Program-made: the position numbers and the translations under genes
Notes under the pieces: generated by a model
Database searches by the model: none
What the model saw: the letters and a program-made list of their open reading frames with translations, nothing else
What the model was told of the DNA's origin: nothing
Source of the DNA: Pelagomonas calceolata
Lineage: Eukaryota
Assembly (NCBI GenBank): GCA_918797485.1
Contig: CAKKNE010000006.1
Location: forward strand, 2,108,001-2,172,000
Length of the DNA stretch: 64,000 nt
Reading direction: 5' to 3'
Shown: positions 23,517 through 33,803 of the stretch, piece after piece
Layout: every line of letters starts with the position of its first letter
How positions within the stretch are numbered: the first letter of the stretch is position 1

Positions 23517-23830
23517 TGTTTACGGTGCGCTTTTGCAAGCGGCGCCGCGTCAGTAGTGGTGGTGGGCTTGCTGTGGCAGGCTGGGTGCTTGCAGATGTGC
23601 CTTGCGTACGGAGTTACGCTATATCGTTGCACGGCTATTGCAAATGGATTTGAAACGCACGTCTCCCGGCTTAAGCGTGGCTTAGGGGCTTCGGATGGGA
23701 CAATTGCCAGGCATCAAGAGTCTGATCTCAGGTCGATTTCTCCCATCGCGCAACACTCTCCCGATGCTCCAGGCCGTCAAATCAGGGGTCTTTGTCGCTG
23801 TTGATGCATATTGCATCCTGCCCTTGCTTG

Positions 23831-23852
23831 CTAGTGTCTTACATGCCGCTAG
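23831..23852 (-). promoter_or_regulatory. CTAG-box motif copy
   Basis: Minus strand CTAGCGGCATGTAAGACACTAG between divergent genes; identical to 26372..26393. Confidence 0.75.
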
Positions 23853-24066
23853 CGCGATTATCTGGCGTGAGTTTTTGACAAAAACGAGGCAAACAGGGGC
23901 TGCGGAGCGCCTGGCAACGCTAGGAGTAGCTCAAAGTACCGACGCCTTGCCCCGGATCACCGCTGCGCGCGAAATCGCTGCGCGCCACGACGCAGCAGAG
24001 CTGAAACCAGCTCCAGCCCCACTGGAGGCGACGCGCACGCCGACGCAGCGCGCTACAGAAAAAAGG

Positions 24067-24342
24067 ATGACCCTCACGACCGCGGCCCTCGGCTCGCTCA
24101 GCGGCCTCTTCATCGGCGTATTCAGCAATGGAGTAAGAAAGCTCCCGCTGTTTCGGCGGCCGTGGGACCACCTGATCCTCATGGGCATCATGGGCTACGG
24201 CGGCCACAAGTACCCGCAGCTCGAGGACGCCACCTTGGAGCGTGTCAACGCCATGCGCGCGGCGCGCAAGTTGGGTCCGCTGGACAAGAACGTCTGGGGC
24301 TTGGCCGTCTCGAAGCAAGAGGCTTCACAGAATAAGGATTAG
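24067..24342 (+). CDS. Mitochondrial complex I B14.5b (NDUFC2-like) subunit
   Basis: FSNGVRKLPLFRRPWDHL resembles the plant/fungal B14.5b signature; 91 aa. Confidence 0.7.
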   Translation: MTLTTAALGSLSGLFIGVFSNGVRKLPLFRRPWDHLILMGIMGYGGHKYPQLEDATLERVNAMRAARKLGPLDKNVWGLAVSKQEASQNKD

Positions 24343-25538
24343 ATGTTTAGGTCCCGCGGCTCGCGCCACCCCTCCCTCATCAACGGTGGCGCTAATCTTT
24401 CTTCGGCGTCGGCGATGGCCTCGAGCTGGTCCGCGAGGTCGCCGACGCTCGAGTACGTGAGCGCGTAGTCGTACATCGGTATAATGATGTCGTTGCCGTT
24501 GTCGTCCGCACCAATACGCGTTTCGGCGAGCTGGGCGTCGTGCGTGTCCCACCGCTCATGCTGCTGCACGCGCACGACGAGCGGCTGCGTTTGATTCAAA
24601 GCAAACGCCGTCCGCCGCGCGGCGCCGGCCCGATCAGGACCCGCCACACAAACGACCGCCGCGCCGCCGACGCAGCGCGTGCACGCCTCGCCGACGGCCC
24701 CGAAGGACGTACAATGGAGCCCGTCGTGCTCGAACCACTCGTGCCGCGACGCGCCCGCGTCGATGCGGCCCTGCGTTATTCTGGGGCGTTTTGCGTTCGG
24801 ATCTTCCTCGGACACGAAGATGTCCTCGCCTTCCAACGGAGCCGGCGCCGGGCCCTGGACAGCTGACAACGCGCCGTAGCCCGAATCTAAAACAGGCAGA
24901 GGCGGCAGCTCCGGGTCCTTCGCCAGCACGTACTGCGTCTTCGGTCGCGCGAGATGCGGTCGCCGCGCCACCAGCACGCCGCAGGCCCTCCTCAAATCCT
25001 TGGAGTCGTGGTCGTCGTGGCACGAGATGATGACCGCTCTGACTGGAGAGCGGGCGTCGACCATGGGAGTAATGGGGTCGACGGGCGCCGGCGCGGGTGC
25101 CGGCTGTGCCGCCTCATAGGCCGCCCACCGCGCGTTGACCAATCGCTCGACGAGCTCGGGCTTCGTACCTACTATATCCTCTCCACAGGCTTCCAGCGCC
25201 GCCTTGAGCTCCATGATATCCAAAATCTCGGCCTCCATCGTCGCGGTATCAACATCAAAAGTCTCGGGCTCGCGCGGCCGCATCTGTCCCAGAAAATGGT
25301 CGCGCGCGAAGACGTAGAAGTCCGCGGGTTGTTCGGTGAGAGCCGCCTCGAAGAAGTCCGCTATCAATGTAGTCACTTCGGGGTTGCTCTGCATGTAGGC
25401 CTGCGAGTGCGCGACGCGCTCCTCGGAGCGCTCGCGCATCTTCCGCTTGATGGCCAGCATTTCTAATTCTAATTCAGTGTGCTGTTTTTTGACCGGTTGG
25501 ATCTCCTGCGTGTCGAACATGCCTTTTGTGTCTGCCAT
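24339..25538 (-). CDS. Protein with RIIa-type dimerization domain and SAP-like motif
   Basis: YMQSNPEVTTLIADFFEAALTEQPADFYVFARDHF; ELKAALEACG...GTKPELVERL. Confidence 0.65.
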   Translation of the reverse strand: MADTKGMFDTQEIQPVKKQHTELELEMLAIKRKMRERSEERVAHSQAYMQSNPEVTTLIADFFEAALTEQPADFYVFARDHFLGQMRPREPETFDVDTATMEAEILDIMELKAALEACGEDIVGTKPELVERLVNARWAAYEAAQPAPAPAPVDPITPMVDARSPVRAVIISCHDDHDSKDLRRACGVLVARRPHLARPKTQYVLAKDPELPPLPVLDSGYGALSAVQGPAPAPLEGEDIFVSEEDPNAKRPRITQGRIDAGASRHEWFEHDGLHCTSFGAVGEACTRCVGGAAVVCVAGPDRAGAARRTAFALNQTQPLVVRVQQHERWDTHDAQLAETRIGADDNGNDIIIPMYDYALTYSSVGDLADQLEAIADAEERLAPPLMREGWREPRDLNI

Positions 25539-25805
25539 GGTCGCTTGTTACTGGATGGTTGTTTGTTACTGGGGCAGCCGTGCGGACCGGTCGCGGCGAC
25601 GGCGTCACGGGGCAGCCGTGCTACAACGTGGAGGCTGCCTCGAGCCGTCCGCTCGTCTTTGTGGCAAACTAGCGCTCGGTTTGGAGCGCTCCAAAATGGT
25701 CGCGTGCGGGTTTACGATGCGATTATACGACTGGCAAGAGACGACGCTCCTCCTCGCAAGCATAAGTATATACGACTACTACTCACATTACAAAGAAGAC
25801 CCACG

Positions 25806-26219
25806 TCACCGCCGCGCGTCGCAGTAGGCCGCGGCCTTGGCGACGACGTCGTCCATGCGCGCCCGGCTCCGCAGGCCGAACAGCGTGATGCGGCCCGTCT
25901 CCAAACACATCTCCTCGAGCTCGATCTCCTCCTCCGTGTTGTCGTCGAGCGCGATGGCGTTCGGCCCGCGCTCGCAGCTGCCGCGGCACTTCACGGTCTG
26001 CACGAACAGGTCGTCTCTGCCGCATGCTTCGACGCGTTCGAGGAGCGTGCAGTAGTCGTCGCCCGGAATCCACTTTGGTACCACTCTTCCGACCTCGAGA
26101 CCCTTGCCGGGCTCTTTCCGCGACTTCCAGGCCTGGTATTTCTGTTTGCACATGCGGCCGCCGCATACTCCGAACGTTAATCCAGTCGTTCGTCCCAGCA
26201 ATAATGCCCACAGCAGCAT
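25806..26219 (-). CDS. Thioredoxin-like [2Fe-2S] ferredoxin family protein
   Basis: VCGGRMC...CRGSCERGPN; signal peptide. Confidence 0.65.
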   Translation of the reverse strand: MLLWALLLGRTTGLTFGVCGGRMCKQKYQAWKSRKEPGKGLEVGRVVPKWIPGDDYCTLLERVEACGRDDLFVQTVKCRGSCERGPNAIALDDNTEEEIELEEMCLETGRITLFGLRSRARMDDVVAKAAAYCDARR

Positions 26220-26371
26220 TTTATTGCGGTGCTGAAAGTGCACCTCTGTCAGGATTGACAGAGATGCACTGCCAGAGCCCACGCGTTGACAGCGTTTCTC
26301 TAAGCACCTCACTTACTACCACAGATGCTCTGTCGCTACAGCAGCTTGCTGCCGTCGAGTTTGGTGCCTTG

Positions 26372-26393
26372 CTAGTGTCTTACATGCCGCTAG
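26372..26393 (-). promoter_or_regulatory. CTAG-box motif copy
   Basis: Minus strand CTAGCGGCATGTAAGACACTAG between divergent genes. Confidence 0.75.
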
Positions 26394-26571
26394 GGTGCCA
26401 TACAAAACTTTTGCCTTGCCGGCCGCTTATTGTGCGCCTGGCTCAAGGCAGGAGCTAGATTTGTTCTAGAACCAACAGCACGTGTGATGCCGGCATCAGT
26501 GGCAGGCTAGTTTCCGTGGAAATCATCGCCCAGCACACGTGCTTCCATCGGGAAACCGGAGCAGCCGTACA

Positions 26572-27630
26572 ATGGACGCTGGCATGGATGCTCGCACAGC
26601 GAGTGACCACGCCTACGGCTCGGTCCCATCGCTTGATAACGGTGATGGCGACGCGCCACCGCGGCGGCGCTGCGTCGCCGCCGTCAGCCTCGGCCTCGCC
26701 TGCATCTCCGCGTGCGTGCCGCTCGCGAACAAGGCTGTATTAAGGCACGGCGCGAAGAAGGCGGCCCTCACGATGACGGCGTGCCAGCTGTTCAGCGTGG
26801 CTTTAATATGCGGGCTCATCCACGCCGTTATTGCGTGTAAAAACGGGGCGCCGCTGCGCCTGTCGGAGGTCCGTCGCAAGGCGCGGAACATCGGCCCGCT
26901 CGGCGTCGCGTTCGGGCTCAAGCTCGGCGCCACGAACGTCGGTCTGGCACTCGTATCAGTGGAGATGCACGTCTTGCTGGCGGCGACGGACATTCTTTGG
27001 GTTGCCATCTTCGCGCGACTCATCAACGGCGAGCGGGTCCGCAACGTCACGGGCGGCCTCGCGCTGGTCGGGTGTTTTTTGGGGGCATGCCTGGTCTCCA
27101 CGGACTCGTACGACGCCGGGCGCCACGTCGCGGTTTATGCGGTGGCGCTGAACCTGGTCGGGCCCGTGATCCAGGGAATTGTGGTCACGCTGCTGCGGCG
27201 GTCGGCGACGCGCGAGGTCGCTCGACAAAACACGTCCTACGTCGAGTTTACCTTCGTCAAGCTCGCTTTTTCGACACTCACGGCCGGCGTGCTCGCCTTG
27301 CTGATCGAAGGCGTCGCCGACGCGCGGTCCTGCGTCGTCGCATTACTTGGCGACGCTCCCAGGTTCCTCACGACCGTCGGTCTCATCAGCGGGGTGCAAC
27401 TACTCTTCACGGTATTGGCGACACTGGCCTCAGGAACGAGTGTGGGAGTAGTAGGCACGGTCAAGATCATTCCCCAGTGGCTCCTGGCCTTCACCATGGA
27501 TGGCGCCAGTATTGACCCGAGGCATCTCATAGGTGTGTGCCTCGTGACGCTCTCGGCGTGCGCCTGGGCTTTGAGCGGTGGCGTGTCGAAATCTCCCCCG
27601 CGGCTGCCAAGCCGCGTGTTGTTTGTGTGA
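26572..27630 (+). CDS. Nucleotide-sugar/triose-phosphate transporter (DMT) family protein
   Basis: About 10 TM; LANKAVL, TNVGLALVSV, GVVGTVK; paralog of 35000..36127. Confidence 0.8.
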   Translation: MDAGMDARTASDHAYGSVPSLDNGDGDAPPRRRCVAAVSLGLACISACVPLANKAVLRHGAKKAALTMTACQLFSVALICGLIHAVIACKNGAPLRLSEVRRKARNIGPLGVAFGLKLGATNVGLALVSVEMHVLLAATDILWVAIFARLINGERVRNVTGGLALVGCFLGACLVSTDSYDAGRHVAVYAVALNLVGPVIQGIVVTLLRRSATREVARQNTSYVEFTFVKLAFSTLTAGVLALLIEGVADARSCVVALLGDAPRFLTTVGLISGVQLLFTVLATLASGTSVGVVGTVKIIPQWLLAFTMDGASIDPRHLIGVCLVTLSACAWALSGGVSKSPPRLPSRVLFV

Positions 27631-27684
27631 TCGATCTATCCGAGTCGTCGCTCCTAGTCGTGTATTAAATTTATTAGGACTCTA

Positions 27685-28560
27685 CTACGCGTCCTCCGCC
27701 TCCGACTCCTCCGACTCCTCTTCAGACTCCTCCTCGTCCTCCTCGGCTTTCTCCTTGGCCAGGTCGACCACGCATTTCGCCTTGCGCACGACGGCCCCCG
27801 TCGACGTCAGCCGATAACCCCCCGTCAAACATTCGGCCACCTCGGCGGCCTCCTTCTCGGAAGGCCTCGACTCGACCGCTTCATGGCGCCACGGCTCGTA
27901 CGCGTCGCCCGCACTCGCTTCAAATTCTTCCAGCCCCAGGAGCTTGAACTGCTCCAGCAAGCCCGAGGAAATGAGCTCGAAGTCCGAATGGACCTTGGCC
28001 TCGTCGTCGTCGCTCGGGGGTTCACTTCGGGCCTCCTCGAACGCCAACAGAACCTTGTCAAAAATTCTAAACGCGTCGGCCTTGGCCACCTCGGCGACAC
28101 TTTCCTGCTGCTTCGCGGCGTTCTTCTTGTAGGTGCTGACGTCGGCCACTATTCTATAATAGCCCGCTTCAGAGGCTTCGGCGGCGGCGCCGTTCGCCCT
28201 ACTTAATTCCAAGCGCTTCTCCTTGAGCTGGGCCTCGAGCTGGGCTATTTCCGCTTTAACTTCGGCGTTCGGGTCCTCCCCCTCCTCTTCCTCCTCCTCT
28301 TCGTCGACAGTTTCCTCCTCCTCGGCGACGGCCTCATCGGCCTCGTCCGACGCGGCCTCCTCGTCGGCGACGGCCGTGTCGTCGTCTCCCTCTGTTGCGC
28401 GCAGCGCGGTTATTCCTGAGTATGCGCGCGCGACGCTTGGTCGCGTCGCGCGCGCGAGGGCCGGCGTCCTCACCCGCAGTGCTGGCTGCAAGGCGGAGGC
28501 GACGGTGAGGAAAGCGGCGGCGACGCCGCCTGCCAACAGGCGCCGTCGCGGGCGCGCCAT
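27685..28560 (-). CDS. grpE: GrpE nucleotide-exchange co-chaperone (likely plastid)
   Basis: YYRIVADVSTYKK helix, GDAYEPWRHEAV, GGYRL..VVRKAKCVV. Confidence 0.8.
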   Translation of the reverse strand: MARPRRRLLAGGVAAAFLTVASALQPALRVRTPALARATRPSVARAYSGITALRATEGDDDTAVADEEAASDEADEAVAEEEETVDEEEEEEEGEDPNAEVKAEIAQLEAQLKEKRLELSRANGAAAEASEAGYYRIVADVSTYKKNAAKQQESVAEVAKADAFRIFDKVLLAFEEARSEPPSDDDEAKVHSDFELISSGLLEQFKLLGLEEFEASAGDAYEPWRHEAVESRPSEKEAAEVAECLTGGYRLTSTGAVVRKAKCVVDLAKEKAEEDEEESEEESEESEAEDA

Positions 28561-28650
28561 TATTGTCAATTGATGCCCGTATTGACGCTACGGACGCCTG
28601 TGCTCTGCCGTCGCTGTGAGTTGCTCTGCTCTGCCGCTTGCTAGGGATGC

Positions 28651-28672
28651 CTAGTGTCTTACAGGCCGCTAG
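28651..28672 (-). promoter_or_regulatory. CTAG-box motif copy (consensus)
   Basis: Minus strand CTAGCGGCCTGTAAGACACTAG ~90 nt upstream of the GrpE ATG. Confidence 0.75.
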
Positions 28673-28753
28673 TATACGCGGCATCCATCCACGAACACCA
28701 ACCGTACATGACTTCACACTAAGATTACTACACACAGCAGGCAGAGAGAGGAA

Positions 28754-29170
28754 CTACCGCCCGTCCGCGCCGGGCGCGAAGTACGAGTGGTACGTGTCCA
28801 CGGCCACCAACGTAAGGCAGTAGGGCACGTACCGTCGTAAACCCGGCGTTATTGATAAAGGCGCCGCACCCACCATTGTGGCGGTCCCTACCTTTACCTC
28901 GGGATAATCGACGCCCGCGAACCCGAGCCCCGTCTTCACGGTCTGATAGATCCCAAAAAATCCGGCCACGATGACCGCACTTCTACCCATCTCGTGGAAG
29001 GCGACGCGTGGCAAGTCCGTTTGCTTCACCGTTCCTCCCTTGAAAAGCTTGTACGCGTCCACCGCTCCGACGGTGAAGCCCGTGACCGTGCCGCAGATGA
29101 TACCGAAGACGGCCCGTCGCCAGAACTCCTCGAAGGTCACGGTCTTTGGTGGTTTTGGTGTTTGCGGCAT
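28754..29170 (-). CDS. Small Tim17/Romo1-like membrane protein
   Basis: GxxxG-rich TM segments GIICGTVTGFTVG and AGFFGIYQ. Confidence 0.55.
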   Translation of the reverse strand: MPQTPKPPKTVTFEEFWRRAVFGIICGTVTGFTVGAVDAYKLFKGGTVKQTDLPRVAFHEMGRSAVIVAGFFGIYQTVKTGLGFAGVDYPEVKVGTATMVGAAPLSITPGLRRYVPYCLTLVAVDTYHSYFAPGADGR

Positions 29171-29335
29171 GGTTATTGCTTTGCTTTTTGTGGTGTGGTG
29201 GAGTCGCTGTGTGCGCCTCGACGTCGCAGCGATGGCGTGCGCGCTTCAGGTTTCGCAGCGATGTAGTAGGTGCTAGGCGCCGTACGCAGCTCAGTGGAGA
29301 AGCGCTGTCGGCTACGCGGCGGCTGCGCACACTTT

Positions 29336-29357
29336 CTAGTGTCTTACAGGTCGCTAG
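29336..29357 (-). promoter_or_regulatory. CTAG-box motif copy
   Basis: Minus strand CTAGCGACCTGTAAGACACTAG, equidistant (~166 nt) from ATGs 29170 and 29523. Confidence 0.75.
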
Positions 29358-29522
29358 CCACTGCAATCGACGCTCGAAAAAAGGGTCTTTACCACAGCCA
29401 TTGCTCGATATATTTGTCTGGCAACAACCTGGGCTGACAACTCTTGCAGTGCAGCATAACGCGCATTGCTGTGCTGCACCGCTGCACTCGCTGCACTGCG
29501 CTGCAGTGCAGCACTGTAAGCG

Positions 29523-30914
29523 ATGGAAGAACTCGCCGTCAGCGTCGACCTCTTCCTAGACAAACCACGCGAAGTAGAAAACCAAAAATTGATTTGTGCC
29601 GCCTGCGCCGCGGATAAAACACAATGCATCTGCCCCGACGACCGCCGCGACCGCAAGGCCACGAAGAGGAGGACGCGGCTCCTGCATATGAGAGGCGTGA
29701 CGTTAGGTGTCTGCGCGCACTGGATGCCGCGCAAGGACCGGCCCTGCGGCTTCCCGCCGCCGCCGGGCCGTAAATGGTGTAGGGAGCACGACCCCGAGCT
29801 TTTTGGTAGAGACGAAAGGATGCCTTGTCCGATTGATCCGTCCCACAAAATTTTTAAGAGGGATCTGGAGGCGCATCTGAAGGTCTGCGAGACGCGTAAA
29901 GATAGGGAGCGGATTTTGGGGAGGCCCTGGTATTCTGAGGGCTGCAACGCCGGTGGTTCTGGTGAGCTCGGAAATGACAAAGAGATGGGCGAGAAGGAGC
30001 TGCTGGATAAACTCAGGCTGGCCGCGTCTGATAAAGTTGGCGAGGGCGCGACGGGCGTCAAGTCGAAACGCGCTAGACATAAAACGCAAGCTTCGTTGAT
30101 CGTCGACACGGCTCTAAGGATGGCGCCCTCTCTGTTCAAGGGAGACGACGTGGCCGTCGTCGATTTAGGAGCGGGCAAGGGCGGCCTCGCTGATGCTGTT
30201 GTCGCCCACAGGCAGCCACAAGCTGTCGTCTTCGTGGAACGCGAGTCCCGAAGGCACAAGGCCGACGGCAAATTAAGGAGACTGGAGGACTTGGAGGTAG
30301 AAAGGGTGAGAGGCGACCTCGCGGACGTGGATTTAGCCAGAGTAGGCACGCTGCGGGGCCGCGTCTGCGTCGGCGTCGCCAAGCATCTCTGTGGAAGCGC
30401 GACCGATTTGGCTCTGAATGCGTTCGTTGCTTTAAGCGAGGCGCGCGGCGTCGCCGTGGCGACGTGCTGCCACCACCGCTGCGAGTGGAGCTCGTACGTG
30501 GGCCGCGACTACTTCCGCGCGAAGACAGGAGGCTCCGCGGCCGATTTCGCGCGGATCGCGCGGTGGTCGTCGTGGGCCTGCCAGGTCGCGAACGGCACGA
30601 CGGGAGAGCACGCGGCGCCGGTCTGCGCCGACGACCTGCGCGACTATACATCAGAACAGAAGCGCGAGATCGGCCGGCGCTGCAAGGCTTTGTTGGATGC
30701 GGGGCGCCTCGACTTTTTGCGGCGCCACGGCCTCGCGGGGGCGCGGTCGGCGTACTGCGACGTCGAGCTGTCGCCGGAGAACTGGCTCCTCGTGGCCGAG
30801 CGCCGGTGTGTTCCATGCGCCGACGCCGCGCCTCAGGTGGTGCGCAAGTCGCCGTGCAGCCCAGTGTTGCCCCGGACGCTGGAGGAGGGGGTCTGTGGTT
30901 GTGTGGTCATCTAA
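29523..30914 (+). CDS. TRM13: tRNA:m(4)X modification methyltransferase TRM13
   Basis: Zn fingers incl. CPIDPSH..HLKVC; DLGAGKGGL, AKHLCGSATDLAL, ATCCHHRC, SPENWLL. Confidence 0.92.
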   Translation: MEELAVSVDLFLDKPREVENQKLICAACAADKTQCICPDDRRDRKATKRRTRLLHMRGVTLGVCAHWMPRKDRPCGFPPPPGRKWCREHDPELFGRDERMPCPIDPSHKIFKRDLEAHLKVCETRKDRERILGRPWYSEGCNAGGSGELGNDKEMGEKELLDKLRLAASDKVGEGATGVKSKRARHKTQASLIVDTALRMAPSLFKGDDVAVVDLGAGKGGLADAVVAHRQPQAVVFVERESRRHKADGKLRRLEDLEVERVRGDLADVDLARVGTLRGRVCVGVAKHLCGSATDLALNAFVALSEARGVAVATCCHHRCEWSSYVGRDYFRAKTGGSAADFARIARWSSWACQVANGTTGEHAAPVCADDLRDYTSEQKREIGRRCKALLDAGRLDFLRRHGLAGARSAYCDVELSPENWLLVAERRCVPCADAAPQVVRKSPCSPVLPRTLEEGVCGCVVI

Positions 30915-30922
30915 AAATATTT

Positions 30923-32770
30923 TTAACGTACAACAAGGAGCGCCTCGGCCTCCGCCCGAATCCCCAGGAACGCCGCGGCGCTCGGGGGGATCGGAGCGCC
31001 GCCCGCCACATCCCTCCCAATATTCTCGAGGCGCCGCGCGAGGGCCTCGAGTTGGGCCGCGTGGCGCGGCGGCGCCGGCTTCGCGGGAAGCGGCGGCAGC
31101 AGCGCGTCGACGGCGGCGGCCGCGAACGCGTCGTCGCGCGGGGCCGGCGGCGGCGGCGGCGGCGCGTCGGTGACGCCGGCGAGCGCGAAGAACTGCTGCG
31201 CGAGCGACGCCGGCGGCGGCGATGGCGGCGCCGCGGGCGCCGCGGCGTCGCGCGTCGCGAGCGCCTCGGTCAGCGCCGCGACCCGCCGCTCGGCCGCATC
31301 ACAACGTTCGTCGGCGCCGCGCCGCGCGCGCAGCGCCGCGTCGCGCCGCGCGCCAGCCGCCGCCGCCGCCGCTTGAGCCGCGTCCTCCCGCGCCGCCGCT
31401 TCCTCAAAAGCCGCCTCCCTCAAAGCCGCGCGCTCTTCCCGCCGCTTTTTGGCGGCGGCGACGGCGCCCAGCACGCCCTTTCTGGAGGCGAATGCATTTG
31501 AAGCCGCGGCCAGCGTCTCGGCGTAGTCGTCCGTCCGCGCGGCCTTGGCTAACGTGGCGCCCGCGGCCAAAGCCACCGCCCGTAATGCCTCGACGAGCTC
31601 CGTGGCGTCGACGTCGTCCGCGGGCGCGGCCTCGATTAATTTTTCAACAAACGCTTGGGCCGCCGGCGCCACTTGAATAGCGAGCTGCGCGGCCTTGGCC
31701 GCGTCGCCGCGGTCGTTCGGCGCCTCGTCCCTCCATAAGTCGAGCTCCCTCAGGATATTTCTAGCGGCGCTATCGTTCTGGCCGCGGATGTCGACGCAGA
31801 GGTGGGCCACGGCGTTCGCGGAGGCGAAGGCCGCAGCCACGACATCATCTGAATCTTTGACTGAGAGGGGTCTCAAAGTCTCGAGGGACGCGAGGGCCTC
31901 CCCAATATCGTCGTCTGATGAGGTTTGTGAGGCCCCGCGCGCGTAGTAGGCGAAGGCTCTTTGTGGAGATTCTGCTAGCACGACGCGCGCCTTGGCCAAT
32001 AGCACGCCCCGCGCGACGTCCTGGGTCGCTTGAGCAACAATATCCACATCTTCTTCCTCGACGGCCGCCCGACACGCTAATAGCCGCGCCTCGGCCGCGA
32101 AGGCGTCGACTCTACTAGAGTCGAAGCGCTGCTCGGCCAGCCTCAGAGCTTGCGGGTCGCCGATGCGCCGCTGCATCGACGACGACTCCCTTCTTAGGTT
32201 CTTGTGGTCTCTTCTCAAAGCTTTCAGATCTGACTCTAGATCAAAGACGCGCGCCTTTAGAGCACTATTAGCCTCTTCCCTCTCGTCCCGCTCGGCGGCT
32301 AAACACGACGCGGCCCTTCCGAGCTCGACGGCGTCGGCCTCGGCCTTCTTCAGCAACTCTTGGAGCTGCTCCTTGTCGTTTCGCAGCGCGTCGACCTCGT
32401 GGCCGTGGAGCTCATCTAATTCATCGGCCATTCTTTGCTCCGCCTCTAATTCAGCAACTCTAGCTCGCAGCGTCGTCCGCTCCTCCTCCGTCGCGCTCGT
32501 CTGCGCGTCTCGGAGCTGTGCTTCGAGTTGTGCTACTTTGGTTTCTTCCGCGTGGGCGCGCTCGTCTATCTCCAATTGCGCCGCCTCGAGGTCGAGCTTG
32601 CAGAGCTCGAGGTCGGTCTTGGCTTCATTGAGTGCTTCGTTCGAGAGCTTAGCCTCGTCGAGCGCCTCCTGGGCGGCGGCCTCGAGCTCGCGCATCTGTG
32701 TTTCGAGCGCTGTCTTTTTTTCGCGCTCGGCGGCGAGCTGGGCGTCGAGGGAGAGGGCTGTGGCGTCCAT
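30923..32770 (-). CDS. Coiled-coil protein (weakly dynactin p150-like)
   Basis: Long heptad-rich helix from MDATALSLDAQL; the upstream ORF extension overlaps another gene and is probably non-coding. Confidence 0.6.
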   Translation of the reverse strand: MDATALSLDAQLAAEREKKTALETQMRELEAAAQEALDEAKLSNEALNEAKTDLELCKLDLEAAQLEIDERAHAEETKVAQLEAQLRDAQTSATEEERTTLRARVAELEAEQRMADELDELHGHEVDALRNDKEQLQELLKKAEADAVELGRAASCLAAERDEREEANSALKARVFDLESDLKALRRDHKNLRRESSSMQRRIGDPQALRLAEQRFDSSRVDAFAAEARLLACRAAVEEEDVDIVAQATQDVARGVLLAKARVVLAESPQRAFAYYARGASQTSSDDDIGEALASLETLRPLSVKDSDDVVAAAFASANAVAHLCVDIRGQNDSAARNILRELDLWRDEAPNDRGDAAKAAQLAIQVAPAAQAFVEKLIEAAPADDVDATELVEALRAVALAAGATLAKAARTDDYAETLAAASNAFASRKGVLGAVAAAKKRREERAALREAAFEEAAAREDAAQAAAAAAGARRDAALRARRGADERCDAAERRVAALTEALATRDAAAPAAPPSPPPASLAQQFFALAGVTDAPPPPPPAPRDDAFAAAAVDALLPPLPAKPAPPRHAAQLEALARRLENIGRDVAGGAPIPPSAAAFLGIRAEAEALLVVR

Positions 32771-32838
32771 TTTCCCAGCGCAGCGAAGCCGGTGTGCACG
32801 TATGCGACCGCTGTGGCCAAGAAAAGGGGTGCCACGGC

Positions 32839-32860
32839 CTAGCGTGTGTTGACACACTAG
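32839..32860 (+). promoter_or_regulatory. CTAG-box motif copy
   Basis: CTAGCGTGTGTTGACACACTAG ~70 nt upstream of ATG 32770. Confidence 0.6.
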
Positions 32861-32868
32861 CACTCGAA

Positions 32869-33666
32869 TTAGTCCACCAACGCGCGCCCCAAACCCTCGA
32901 ACGGTCCCGCGACGAGGCCGCGGAGCCGGTCCCTTAGCGACGGCCCGGGCGCCTCGCGCTTGGCCTCGGGCGCCAGTTTCTGAGCGACGCACCCGCGCCG
33001 TTGGCGCTGCTCGCGAATCTGGAGCGAGTAGCGGAAGGGCCGCGTCGACTTCGGGTCCCGGAGCCACTCCGGATACAGGGAGAGCTTCTCGGTCCGTTGC
33101 TGCAGGACCGTCTTCTTGCCCCCGCCGCGGCCGAGGACGGTCGGCGCGCGCGTCTCGGCCACGACGGCGCCGGGTTTGGGGAAGCGCCGCGCGACGGCCT
33201 CGCAGCGCGCGCGGAGGTCTTCCGGCGGCGGCTCGTCCTTGACGCCCGCGACGCCGTGGAGATTGCCGTCTTCCGGCGCGCCCCGGAACAGAACGGCTTC
33301 GCCGGTCTTCATCTCGACGATCTGGCAGTGCGGACACTCGTGTGCCTCCTCTTCTCCCGGGCGCCACCGCCCCTGGCACTGCTGCTCGTGCGTCCATGCG
33401 CCGCGATAGTTGTAGACGTTCTTGTCATAGGGATAATCGCCGCCTGAGTCTCCCATGTTGTGGGACCACGGCAAGCGGCAGCAGGGCCAGCCCGCGTGGT
33501 CGCTCTCGCCGACCGACACGGGTACGATACAACCCCCGAACGAACTCGACTCCTTGAGGATCCCGTTGCACAAACGAAATTTGGCCGTGGCCCCCATCGA
33601 CACCAGGAGGACCCAGCCCGCCCCGCTCGCGTCCAAGTGCGGGTGCATACTGTCTTTAGGCCGCAT
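32869..33666 (-). CDS. AlkB-like 2OG-Fe(II) oxygenase, N-terminus short or missing
   Basis: HLD...VSMGATAKF...LFRG...LHGV...RYSLQIR. Confidence 0.65.
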   Translation of the reverse strand: MRPKDSMHPHLDASGAGWVLLVSMGATAKFRLCNGILKESSSFGGCIVPVSVGESDHAGWPCCRLPWSHNMGDSGGDYPYDKNVYNYRGAWTHEQQCQGRWRPGEEEAHECPHCQIVEMKTGEAVLFRGAPEDGNLHGVAGVKDEPPPEDLRARCEAVARRFPKPGAVVAETRAPTVLGRGGGKKTVLQQRTEKLSLYPEWLRDPKSTRPFRYSLQIREQRQRRGCVAQKLAPEAKREAPGPSLRDRLRGLVAGPFEGLGRALVD

Positions 33667-33667
33667 C

Positions 33668-33803
33668 AAAAAAAAAAGCGACTAGGCTTAATCAAATCGG
33701 GTTTTTGAGTTTCGTATATACGCGTGAAGACGTGACGCTGGATTCGGACCTTTAGAGGCCTGGTTCTAGTCGTCCATCCCCCCTGAGCTAGGCTAGCGTC
33801 CCC
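33668..33803 (-). ncRNA. Candidate Pol III small RNA or tRNA-derived element
   Basis: TATA-like element ~30 nt upstream, A-box-like TAGCTCAGGGG, B-box-like GGTCCGAATCC, T10 run at the 3' end. Confidence 0.3.

Noticed and set aside
32771..33397. N-terminal extension of the 824-aa ORF
   Set aside because: It overlaps the AlkB-like gene in another frame and spans a promoter motif; the real start is probably 32770.
33735..33803. Canonical tRNA gene
   Set aside because: A/B-box-like words are present, but the T stem and anticodon arm do not pair.
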